Source of the DNA: an uncultured Planctomycetaceae bacterium
GTDB lineage: Bacteria > Planctomycetota > Planctomycetia > Pirellulales > PALSA-1355
Length of the DNA stretch: 64,000 bases
Direction: 5' to 3'
Assembly: GCA_963785305.1 (NCBI GenBank)
Contig: CAWAUV010000005.1
Location: 640,001 to 704,000 of the forward strand
Part shown: positions 11,271 through 21,091 of the stretch, piece after piece
How positions within the stretch are numbered: the stretch's first letter is position 1
How the letters are laid out: each line of letters opens with the position of its first letter
Program-made: the position numbers and the translations under genes
The notes under the pieces: generated by a model
Databases searched by the model: none
The model's input: only the letters and a program-made list of their open reading frames with translations
What the model was told of the DNA's origin: nothing

Positions 11271-11763
11271 CAATGCGTCCTTCGAGGGGAGGGATCGCCT
11301 CGCCGGCGGCGCCGGTTCGCGCGGGCAGTCGGCAGCGGCGCTGCCGGCTTTGCCAGCGATTGCCGTGGCGATGGTTCGAGGCTCTAACGAATCTAGGATT
11401 CTAAATTCACCCCCGCCGGCTCGCAAGTCGCTAAAATCGACGATCGTTATAGAAACGTCGTGTTCGCATGCAAAGACTCCCGGGAGCTTTAACGTCTGGG
11501 AATTTTGTGCGGCCCGTGAATCGGTCACCCAACCCGCGGAATGCGAACCGAGCCCGCGCCATTCGGAGGCGAGACTACGTTCGCGCGCAATAGATTTATC
11601 CCTCGCGGGCATGGCGACCGATTTTCGTGAAAGAATCGCTCGCGGCCGCGCGATCGGCGCCCGGTGGTTTTTGGGCGCCGCGAACCCGTTCGACGACCGT
11701 CACGGTTCGATATGCCCCGCCTTTCGCCTTCCCCTTCGAATCCCTCCGCATCAGGTTTTTGCC

Positions 11764-12680
11764 ATGTCGCAAGCCCTCGACTCCGAACGCGTGCTCCGCG
11801 CAATTTCCGCTCGCCCGGCCCGCTGTCAGCCGCGACAAGAGCTATGCGGCTGGCGCTGCGAACGCCTGTTGGGCGAGGGCGCGCTGACTCGGGTCTACGC
11901 CGCCCAGGCGCCCGACGGAATTGCTGGCCAGCCGGCGCCCTACGCGCTCAAATTGCTCCGCGACCCGTGGATGGGCGACACGCGTGCAATGGCTGTCTTG
12001 CGCCGCGAAGCTTGGATCGGCGAGCATGTGAGTCATCCGCATTTGGCCCCAACCCTCGCCGCGCGGACGGTCGACTCGCCGGCGTTTCTGGTGCAACCGC
12101 TCCTCCGCGGCCGCTCCCTTGCCTCGTTGCTGGCGGCCGGCCAAGCGCCACCGCTGCCGCTCGCCCTCTGGATTGCCCGGCAAGCGGCCGAAGCGCTCGC
12201 CGCGCTCGACGACGCCGGCTGGATGCACGCCGATATCAAGCCCTCGAGCCTGTTCATCTCGCCCGAATCGCATCTGACTCTGCTCGATCTCGGCGCCGCG
12301 CAAAAGTCGGGTGAACCTGCCCGCCTGGGCGAACGCCCGGTGCTCGGGCCAACTCGCTACATGGCGCCGGAAATGTTCAGCGCCACGGCCCGGGTCGACA
12401 TTCGGGTCGACATTTACAGCCTGGGCGCGGTGCTGATGGAAACCCTCGTGGGCCAAGCCTCGCAAGACGAATTTGGCCGGCAGAAACTTGCGCGCACGCC
12501 CGAGTGCTCACGCCGGCGAGTTTGAGAAGCTATGTTCCCACGGCGCCCTCGCGGCTCGCGCGCCTGATCGGGCAAATGATGGCCAGCGACCCTCTGCGCC
12601 GTCCTCGCGACCCGAGAGAGCTCATCGACCGCCTCGCATCGCTGGAAATCGAGACTTTCGCCGACCACTTGCGCGGATAG
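11764..12680 (+). CDS. Ser/Thr protein kinase (frameshift near 12500)
   Basis: LGEGALTRVY, YALKLL, HPHL, HADIKP, LLDLG, YMAPE, DIYSLG. The C-terminus (...MMASDPLRRP...EIETFADHLRG*) is in a shifted frame ending at TAG 12680. Confidence 0.8.
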
Positions 12681-12900
12681 CGGAGCGCTATCGCGATTCC
12701 GGGGCTCCGCGATGTCGCGATGGCGCCTCGCGGTTCGCCGGCCCATGTCGCGAAAACACCACGCGGCGCCGGTCGCGGCGCATTCCAGGCTCGCCGCGAC
12801 GGCTCTCGATTTCAGCTCGCACAAAGTCAAGCGGCGCTAGTCTTTCGATCGACTCTGCCAGGCCCGCGACAGGCTTTCTTTTCTCGCTCTCGGGCCGGTC

Positions 12901-12916
12901 TGGCGCCGGAGATGCA
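12901..12916 (+). promoter_or_regulatory. Putative sigma54 -24/-12 promoter
   Basis: TGGCGCCGGAGATGCA has exact GG-N10-GC spacing, ~105 nt upstream of the ATG at 13022. Confidence 0.45.
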
Positions 12917-13021
12917 TTCTCCTTCGAGCCTCGCTGTCGTTGGCCTCGTGGCGGAAGAGCCGTTTCCTCTTCCGGCTCTTCCGCCGCCAACGGCAAATCA
13001 AATTCTCGGGGAAGTCACGCT

Positions 13022-13897
13022 ATGAACGGTCGTGATCTCGTGGAACTGGCCGGCATGGCCGCCACGCATTCGCCGGTGCTCTTGCTCTCCGGCGGCCAAA
13101 TCTCGGTCACGGCGCTCGAACAATATTGGACCAGTTCGAAATGCCGCCAAGATCGCTGGTCGCGATCGCTGCGCGAATTCCAAAATTCAGCCGACCCCGC
13201 CGATCCGGCCGGCGCCTCCAATTGGTCCTCGCTTTGCCCGGTGCTGGAGGAAATCATTCTCAGCGAACTGCTCACGAGAGTGTGGACCGCCGTCCTGAGT
13301 GGCTACGATCGCCAGCGCGGGGCTCGCGACGCCGAGCCGATCGTGCGCAGCGTGTTGCTCGGGCATCTCGAGTCTCGTCATCGCACGCTCGCCCTACTCG
13401 TGGCCGGTCGCGGCATTCCCACGGAAGAAGCGGTGCGACTCAACCGGCTGCGGCATCGTGTCGAGCGCTGGACCGACATGTTGCTCGGGCGCCTCGATCC
13501 GCTTTGCGATGTGCGCGACTTCACATTCGATCCCGAGCGCGCCGAGGATTTTGCCCGCGGCGTGCGTGGCGGTCGTGGCGGGGCCCCAGGTGGCAATCTG
13601 ATCTGGAACCTCACGCTCGCTTCGCTGCATAGCGCCTTTCGCGATCTTGTGCCCCGCACGTCGAACACCGATCTCAATGCGCGTATTGGTCAGAGCGTGT
13701 TGGCGTCGTTTCCGCGGGAAATGTTCGATGGCGTGGGGCTGGCCCGAACCGTTTGGCAGACGCGTCTATCGAATGGCGCCGCCGATGCGCAAGGCCTGGT
13801 CGACATGTTACTCTCGCCCGATGAACCGCGGGGTCGCGCTTCGCTCGAAGCCGAATCGCGTTGGCCTCGCGACTTCAAGATGCGTTTTCCGCGCTGA
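13022..13897 (+). CDS. Hypothetical all-alpha protein
   Basis: Protein-like composition from MNGRDLVELAG onward (YWTSSKCRQDRW, EEIILSELLTRVW, RVERWTDMLLG). Confidence 0.75.
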   Translation: MNGRDLVELAGMAATHSPVLLLSGGQISVTALEQYWTSSKCRQDRWSRSLREFQNSADPADPAGASNWSSLCPVLEEIILSELLTRVWTAVLSGYDRQRGARDAEPIVRSVLLGHLESRHRTLALLVAGRGIPTEEAVRLNRLRHRVERWTDMLLGRLDPLCDVRDFTFDPERAEDFARGVRGGRGGAPGGNLIWNLTLASLHSAFRDLVPRTSNTDLNARIGQSVLASFPREMFDGVGLARTVWQTRLSNGAADAQGLVDMLLSPDEPRGRASLEAESRWPRDFKMRFPR

Positions 13898-14847
13898 TGC
13901 CCGGCCCCTCGGCCATGTCGCGCGTGGTAGCTCGAGCGCACGAAGGGCCCGCTCGCCACTTGGGCAAACCCCATTTGCCGCGCGGCCGCGCCCAGAGCGT
14001 CGAACTCCTCGGGCGGCAGATATCGCACCACTGGCAAATGCTCGGGCGTGGGCCGCAGATATTGGCCCAGAGTGAGAAAATCGCAGCCCACGTCGCGCAG
14101 ATCGGCCAGAGTGTCGAGCACTTCCTCGCGCGTCTCGCCCAGGCCCAGCATCAGACCGCTCTTGGTGCGAATGCGCGGATCGAGTTGCTTGACGCGACCG
14201 AGCAATTCGAGCGTCCAGCGATACACGCTCTTCCGCCCGCGCACCTGTCGGTACAGCCGGGGCACGGTTTCGGTGTTGTGATTAAACACCTCGGGCGCCG
14301 CGGCGGCGACGCGCTCGATGGCGCCCGGCTTGCCGATGAAATCGGGAGTGAGCACTTCGACCGCCGCGCCGGTGCGCTGGCGCACCGCGAGCACGGTGCG
14401 ATAAAAATGCTCGGCGCCGCCGTCGGCCAGGTCGTCGCGAGTGACGCTCGTGATGACGACATACTTGAGCCCCAAGCGGTGCGCCGCCTCGGCCACGCGC
14501 TCGGGCTCGTCGAGCTCGATCGCCGTGGTTTTGCCCTTGGGCACCGAACAAAAGCCGCAAGGCCGGGTGCAGACATTGCCCATGATCATGAGCGTGGCTG
14601 TTTTTTGCGACCAGCACTCCATGCGATTGGGGCACTTCGCGCTTTCGCACACGGTCTCCAGGCCCAGCTCCTCGATCAAGTGGGACGTAAACTGAAGGCC
14701 GCCGCCCAGGGGCATTTGGCGCTTCAGCCAGCGCGGCAGCCGCACGGTGTCTTCGGCCGATGCCGTCGTTGGCTTCGCGGGGCTCGCCGAGCCGGGGCCA
14801 TGCGTGGCGCGGCTGGACGGGGAAATCACGGGCAGTTCAAACGGCAC
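13877..14847 (-). CDS. lipA: Lipoyl synthase
   Basis: CESAKCPNRMEC, CTRPCGFC, HNTETV, TKSGLMLGLGE, GQYLRP, VRSSYHA. The true stop is probably near 13877 after a 2-nt slip in a CG run. Confidence 0.95.
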
Positions 14848-15137
14848 GTCGTCGTCCTTTTGGGTCGCAAGGAAGCTTTCACGGGCGGCGGGGGCAACGC
14901 CCCGCGGCCGATATCGTTATCATAGCGAACGGCGCGCGATTTCGCAGCCGCCCCGCGCGGAGCGGCCGATTCGGCCGTTTTTTCAGAACAAGCGGGATAC
15001 CGCGATAGCCAGACACTCGCGGATGTGTAGAATAATCCGCTCGAATACGGTCGATGACGCCACGCGAGCGCGTCGGGCGACGCGTGCCACGATTCATCAT
15101 TCGCGCTCCGGTTCTCTTGCAAATCAGGAAGTCCGCC

Positions 15138-15632
15138 ACGGCCAAGCCAGCGAAGAAAAAAGCGACGCCCGAACGCCAGCGAGACAACGAGCAGTTGATC
15201 GCGGAGAATCGCCGCGCGCGCCATGAATACGAAGTGCTCGACACGCTCGAATGCGGCATCGTGCTCGTGGGCAGCGAGGTCAAAAGCCTGCGCCGCGGGC
15301 ATCTCACGCTCGACGACGCCTATGGCCGCATGAAGGAAGGCGAAGTCTGGCTCGTCGGCTGCGACATTCCCGAATATGTCGAGGCCAACAAGCTCAACCA
15401 TGTGCCCAAGCGGCCGCGCAAGCTGCTAATGCACCACCGCGAGATCAAGCGCTTCGCCTCCCGGGCCTATGAAAAAGGCCTGACACTGGTGGCGCTGAAA
15501 ATGTATTTCACCGAGGGGCGGGCCAAGGTGCTGATGGGAATCTGCAAAGGCCGCAAGCTGCACGACAAACGCGAAGTGCTGAAAAGCAAAGCCATGAAAC
15601 GCGACATGGACCGCGCCCTAAAGCGCCGCTAG
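15138..15632 (+). CDS. smpB: SsrA-binding protein
   Basis: IAENRRARHEY, ECGIVLVGSEVKSLR, RKLLMH, KGRKLHDKRE. The start codon is uncertain (ACG after an AGGAAG RBS). Confidence 0.95.
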   Translation, partial: TAKPAKKKATPERQRDNEQLIAENRRARHEYEVLDTLECGIVLVGSEVKSLRRGHLTLDDAYGRMKEGEVWLVGCDIPEYVEANKLNHVPKRPRKLLMHHREIKRFASRAYEKGLTLVALKMYFTEGRAKVLMGICKGRKLHDKREVLKSKAMKRDMDRALKRR

Positions 15633-15951
15633 CGGCCGCCCGGGGGGAGCCGGAGAGCCGGAATGGGCAGCGCGGCGGATTCCTCGGCAAGCGAACGCCG
15701 GGTCGATTCCAAAAATTTCCAAGACTACCTCGACGAACCAAGCCCGTTCGGCCCGCGTATTGCCAGCGGCGCCTTTTTCGCGCTTCGCCAGCGGCTGGCG
15801 CCATGTCATCGCCGGATCAAGCTTGTCGTCAAACTACAATTCATTAGGATTATCTAGCATCGCGGCCAGCAAAATGCCTGGAAACTGAAAGCCGGAAAAG
15901 CGGACACTGTAAACGAAAAAACAATCCGCGCGGGATGGCGATTCCGGTTTA

Positions 15952-16042
15952 GAGCCTATCCGACAGCTCACGGCTCCTCCCCCCTTCTCCCCGCCGGGGA
16001 GAGGGTAGGGCAAGGGCTCGCGGAAGTTCTCGGATAGGCGCC
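15952..16042. repeat. MITE/REP-like element, copy A
   Basis: TA-flanked terminal inverted repeats GAGCCTATCCGACAGCT / AGTTCTCGGATAGGCGC enclose a CCCTTCTCCCC..GGGGAGAGGG hairpin. Confidence 0.65.
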
Positions 16043-16063
16043 TAGGAGGAAACAACCACAATC

Positions 16064-16735
16064 ATGCTCCGCCTTGCCGATCTTCAAAAAGCCTTCCGCG
16101 AGCCCGATGGGTCGCGCCTGCCGATTCTCGACATCAAGCAGTTTCATGTCGCCCCGGGCGAACAAGTGGTGTTGATGGGCCGTAGCGGCTCGGGCAAAAC
16201 CACGCTGCTGCATGTAATCGCCGGAATCGCCCGGCCCGACTACGGCCAGGTCGAAATTCGCGGGGTCGATATCACCCGGCTGCCCGAATCGGGCTGCGAT
16301 CGGTTTCGGGCCGACAATATCGGCTATGTGTTTCAGACCTTCAACTTGCTGGCGGGCTTTTCGGCCCTGGAAAATGTGGTCTTGGCGATGTCGTTTGGCG
16401 GCGGGAAGGCCGACATGGGGCGAGCCCGACAGCTGCTCGAACGCGTCGGCCTCACGCAACGTCTTTCGCATAAGCCGGCGATGCTTTCGGTGGGCGAACA
16501 GCAACGCGTGGCCGTGGCGCGGGCCCTGGCCAATCGGCCCAAGTTGCTGCTCGCCGACGAGCCCACGGCCAATCTCGACGCCAGCCACCAGCAGTCGATC
16601 GTCGATCTGGTGCGCGAGACCTGCCGCGAGGAAAACATCTCGCTGCTCCTGGTCACGCACGCGCCGGAAGTAGCCGGCCAGTTCGAGCGGGTCGAACATC
16701 TCGATCGATTCAACCAAGCAGTGAGCGTGGCATGA
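16064..16735 (+). CDS. ABC transporter ATP-binding protein (LolD/MacB type)
   Basis: AGGAGG RBS; GRSGSGKT, FQTFNLL, LSVGEQQRVAVARAL, ADEPT, VTH. Confidence 0.95.
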   Translation: MLRLADLQKAFREPDGSRLPILDIKQFHVAPGEQVVLMGRSGSGKTTLLHVIAGIARPDYGQVEIRGVDITRLPESGCDRFRADNIGYVFQTFNLLAGFSALENVVLAMSFGGGKADMGRARQLLERVGLTQRLSHKPAMLSVGEQQRVAVARALANRPKLLLADEPTANLDASHQQSIVDLVRETCREENISLLLVTHAPEVAGQFERVEHLDRFNQAVSVA

Positions 16736-18211
16736 GCCTTTGGAAAATCGCGTGGCGTAGCATGCGGCAGCGGTCTCTCGCCTCCGTGCTCACGGGGCTC
16801 TCGATGGCGCTCGCCGTGACGCTGGTGGTGTCGGTGCTCGTGCTGCAGGGCGTGATGAACGCCTCGTTCTTGCGCGCCAAGAGTTTCGGCTACAACCGCA
16901 TCGTGGGCGCCAAGGGCAGCAAAGTGCAGCTCGTGCTCAATACGGTCTATTACCTCAGCTCGCCGGTCGAAAACCTGCCCTATTCCTACTACAAGGAATT
17001 CACCCAGGGTAAATACAAACGCTACACCGATCTGGCGGTTCCAGTATGCCTGGGCGATGTGTATCGCGACTTTCGCATTGTCGGAACCACGCCCGACATG
17101 TTCGACAAACTCGACTACGCCGACGGCAAGAAATACACCTTTGCCGCGGGCCGCAATTTCACGGCCGACGGATTCTTCGAGGGCGTGATCGGCTCGCGCG
17201 TGGCTCGCGAGACCGGGCTCACCGTGGGCAGCGAGTTTCAACCCTCGCACGGCGCCGACAACCATAAACACGACGAAGCCTTCAAAGTGGTCGGCGTGCT
17301 CGACGAAACCGACACGCCGATCGATCGAGCGCTGTTTATCAATATCGAAGGCTTTTACCTGCTGGATAACCATGCCCTGCCCGATAAGCCGCTGCTGGCC
17401 ATGGCCGGCGACCACGCAAAACCCGCGGCGACGCACGAGGAGCATGAGCACGAAGCGGCGCATGAAAAGGAACACGCGCATGAAGCCGCGAACGAAAAAC
17501 ACTCCGAGCACGATGAACATGAACACTCCCAGGGCATGCCCGAGGAACATGAGCACGAACATGCCGAGCACGACGAGCATGGCCACGACGAACATGAGCA
17601 TCATCACGACCATGCGCACGGCGGCACATTCTCACCAGCCGCTGCCCGAGTCGCAGCGGGAAGTCACGGCGATTTTGCTGCTCACGGCCGCCCCGCGCGA
17701 CCTGACGGTGATGAGCATCGAAAAGTCGATCAATAAAGGGGCCATTGGGCAGATTGTCTCGCCGATCGGCGAGATCACGAAGCTGTTCGATGTGTTCGTC
17801 GGCCCGATCGAAATGCTGCTGCTGGTGCTCACGGTGCTGATCGTGGTCGTGTCGTCGATCGGCATTTTGGTCAGTATTTACAATTCGATGAGCGAGCGCC
17901 GGCGCGAGATCGCGGTGATGCGAGCCCTGGGCGCGGGCCGCGGCACGGTGATGTTGATTGTGCTCTTCGAATCGATTTTGCTGTCGCTCGGCGGCGGACT
18001 TGTCGGATGGGTGCTAGGGCACCTGCTCGTGGGAGGGCTCGGACCCTGGCTCTCCAGCGAAACCGGTGTTCAAATCACGGTTTTCCGCTTCGCGGCCCAG
18101 GAATTGGTTATAATACCAGGGTTGATCGTGCTCGCGACCGCGGCGGGATATTTGCCCGCGCTCGTGGCCTATCGCACCGATGTGAGCCGGGCCCTGAGCG
18201 CGTCGCCCTGA
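16732..18211 (+). CDS. MacB/FtsX-type ABC permease with His/Glu-rich insertion (frameshift ~17620)
   Basis: IVGAKGSKVQLVLNTVYY, GDVYRDFRIVGT, SMSERRREIAVMRALGA, AYRTDV. His-rich tract at ~17410-17635. Start overlaps the ATPase stop (ATGA). Confidence 0.9.
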
Positions 18212-18305
18212 ACCTGAGTGGATTAGTCGAGCCCGAGTGGATTCATCGCGCGGTTCGGTCGCCTTGGAATTCGTGCGTTCATCGTCCCAGTGGCGGAGGC
18301 TTTCG

Positions 18306-19836
18306 ATGAGGTTGCGTGTCACGCGATTCGCATGTCTGCTGGCGCTCGTGGTCGGCGCTGCTCTCTCGGCCCAGCGATTTACGGCGGCCTGTCCCTTTTG
18401 CGGACAAGTGCAGCAAACGTTCTCCCAAGAAATCGCCGGCGCCGACGTGGCCGTGATCGCGAGGCTGGTCGAAAGCGCCGCGCAAGCCCTCGGGCTCGGC
18501 CCTCGGGGAGCCCGCGCCCAAGTGCAAGTTTGCGATTCTCGACACGCTCAAGGGCGAAAAAGCGCTCGCCGGCCGCAAGCAACTCGAGGTGATTTGCTTT
18601 GGCGATTATCTGGCCGGCGCCACCTTTCTCGTCACCGCCACCGATCCGGCCGACCTGAGTTGGGCCACCCCGAACCAAATGGACGAGCGCGGCTGCGAAT
18701 ACCTGAAAGCCACGATGAAACTGCCGGACGACGGGCCCGAGCGGCTGGCCTTCTTTCAGGATTATCTCGAAGACAAGAACGAAACCCTGGCCCGTGACGC
18801 GTTCGATGAATTTGCCCGGGCGCCTTATGGCGATGTCAAACAGCTCAAGAGCCGGATGCATCGCGACAAACTTCGCGAGTGGATCGCGAGTGGCGACGTG
18901 ACCCCGAGCCGTCGACGGCTCTATCTGACGATGCTCGGCGCCTGCGGCGATTCCGACGATGTGACGATGCTCGAGGGGCTGATCAACTCGCCGGAGCGGC
19001 AGAAGCGCATGGGGCTCGATGCGATCGTGGGCGCCTATCTCACGCTCAAGGGTCCCGAGGGCATGACACTCGTCGAGGATCGGTTTCTCAAGAATCCCGA
19101 CGCCGACTACACCGACACGCTCGCCGCGATCATGGCGGTGCGCATTCTAGGGCAAGAGGAAAGCGTGATCCCCAAGGATCGGCTGCTCACCGCGCTACGA
19201 ATCATGCTCGACCGGCCCCAACTGGCCGACACCGTCATTCCCGACTTGGCGCGGTGGCAAGATTGGTCGGTGGTCGATCGGCTGTACGAAATGTTCGTGA
19301 ATGCCGATCCAAACAGTTCCTGGATTCGGGTGCCCGTGATTAAATATTTCCAGGCCTGTCCGCTGCCGGCGGCCAAGGCGACATCTCGAGGAGTGCGCGA
19401 AGCTCGATCCGCAAGCGTTTCGGCAGGCCAAGTCGTTTATGTTGTCGGCGCCGGGCCCGGGAGCGACCAAAGCGCCCGCGGGCGATAAGCCCTCGCGCAA
19501 GACTCCGGCAGCCGATGCGAAAGCGCCGGCGGGCGACTCGAAGACCTCGGCGCCCAAGAGCGGGCAATCCTCCGCGGTCCCCCGGCCTCGCGCCAAACGG
19601 TTGCTTCGACGACGGTTTCAACAAGCGGCGCCGCGGCCGCCTCAAGTCAGCATCGATCCGGGGATAGGGTGGCGCTCGCCAGCAGCGTGGCGGCCATGGG
19701 GGTCACTCCGCTCGCGCCGGCGGCGATTGCCGAAGAGCCGGGTTGCGACTATTGCGTTTGGGAAATTCGCGGCGCGCTGGCCTTCGCGAGCCTCGCGCTG
19801 TTTGGCTCAATGCGGTGGTTGCTGAGCGGCGGTTGA
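18306..19836 (+). CDS. Exported CPFC-motif protein with HEAT-like body and C-terminal TM anchor (frameshifts)
   Basis: Signal peptide then ACPFC; ERLAFFQDYLE..LARDAFDEFARAPY; IPDLARWQDW. A shifted-frame tail GALAFASLALFGSMRWLLSGG* ends at 19836. Confidence 0.7.
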
Positions 19837-19891
19837 TCGAACGAATCGCAACCTCCTCGGCGACCCGATTTTCCCTGGAGCACGAAAGGCA

Positions 19892-20632
19892 ATGAGCATC
19901 GACACGATCCGGCCCGAAACGGCCGACGCAACCCGACCCGACGAGATCCGCTCCCAAAGCGCCCCCGGCGGCGACTTTCCTCCCGATGAGCGCGACGCGG
20001 AATATTACCGTCAATACAAATCGCTTTCGGCGCTCTCGGTGGCGAGTGTCGTGTTTGGCGCGCTCTCGATGTTTTCCGGGTTTGACTGGACGTTTTTGCT
20101 TGCGCCGGCGCTCGGTCTCGTGTTTGGAATCGTGGCGCTCCGCAAAGTGCGCGCTCGGCCCGACGAACTGACCGGCGCCGGGCTCGCGCGAACCGGCATC
20201 GGGCTATCGCTTGTTTTCGGCGCCATTTCGGCCGGATACCTGACCTATTATCAACTGACCAAAGTGCCCTCCTGGGCCACTGAGATTTCCTACGAACAGC
20301 TCCAGCCCGATCCGGATCGCCCCAGCCAGCTATTTCCGCCCGAGGTTCAGTCGCTCAATGGCAAAAAGCTCTATATCGAAGGCTATGTGTTTCCCGGCAA
20401 GGAAATGGGCAACATTCGCGAGTTTATTCTCTGCCGCGATAAGGGAACCTGCTGCTTCGGCGGCAATCCCAAGCTTACGGATCGCATCGCGGTGCGGCTC
20501 ACGAATGGTTTGGCGATCGACTATTCGCAAAAACTGTTCGCCGTCGCCGGGCAATTTTATGTCCGCCCATCGGAAGCCAAGGAGCTCTCGGGCGGCGTGA
20601 TCTATCACCTCGACGCGGAGTTCGTGCGATGA
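19892..20632 (+). CDS. DUF4190-like membrane domain fused to DUF3299-like domain
   Basis: SALSVASVVFG..LGLVFGIVALRKV..LTGAGLARTGI; LNGKKLYIEGYVFP..FILCRDKGTCCFGGNP. Confidence 0.75.
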   Translation: MSIDTIRPETADATRPDEIRSQSAPGGDFPPDERDAEYYRQYKSLSALSVASVVFGALSMFSGFDWTFLLAPALGLVFGIVALRKVRARPDELTGAGLARTGIGLSLVFGAISAGYLTYYQLTKVPSWATEISYEQLQPDPDRPSQLFPPEVQSLNGKKLYIEGYVFPGKEMGNIREFILCRDKGTCCFGGNPKLTDRIAVRLTNGLAIDYSQKLFAVAGQFYVRPSEAKELSGGVIYHLDAEFVR

Positions 20633-21090
20633 AGCGGCGATCGACCGTCGGCGTTGGGCTCTTGTCGCTTCTTGTCACGCTGGGCATGGGCCCGCCGCCG
20701 AGCCGGGCCGCCGACGGCGCGGCCAAGGATATCACGTTCAATGACATCAAGCTCGAATTGAAGAAAGACGATCCTTGGAATCCCGCCCTGCTGACGCCCG
20801 CGGTCAAGAAGCTCGATGGCAAGCAGGTGCGCATTCGCGGCTATATTTTTCCCACCTTCCAGCAAACCGGCCTCAAGCAATTCGTGCTAATGCGCGACAA
20901 CATGGAATGCTGCTTCGGCCCTGGCTCGGTGCTGCACGATCGAATCTTGGTCGATATGACCGGCGACGCCACGGCCGACTACACGGTGCGCCCCGTCACC
21001 ACCAGCGGCCGCTTCACGGTGCATGAGGAAAACGGGCCCGATGGCGAAACCCTGGCGATCTACCATCTCGATTGCAGCGGAGTGAAGTAA
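20629..21090 (+). CDS. Exported DUF3299-family protein
   Basis: Signal peptide; ITFNDIK, LDGKQVRIRGYIFP, FVLMRDNMECCFG. Confidence 0.8.
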   Translation: MKRRSTVGVGLLSLLVTLGMGPPPSRAADGAAKDITFNDIKLELKKDDPWNPALLTPAVKKLDGKQVRIRGYIFPTFQQTGLKQFVLMRDNMECCFGPGSVLHDRILVDMTGDATADYTVRPVTTSGRFTVHEENGPDGETLAIYHLDCSGVK

Positions 21091-21091
21091 T

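Noticed and set aside
15633..15950. tmRNA next to smpB
   Set aside because: No tRNA-Ala-like ends (GGGG..; ..TCCACCA) or tag reading frame are visible.
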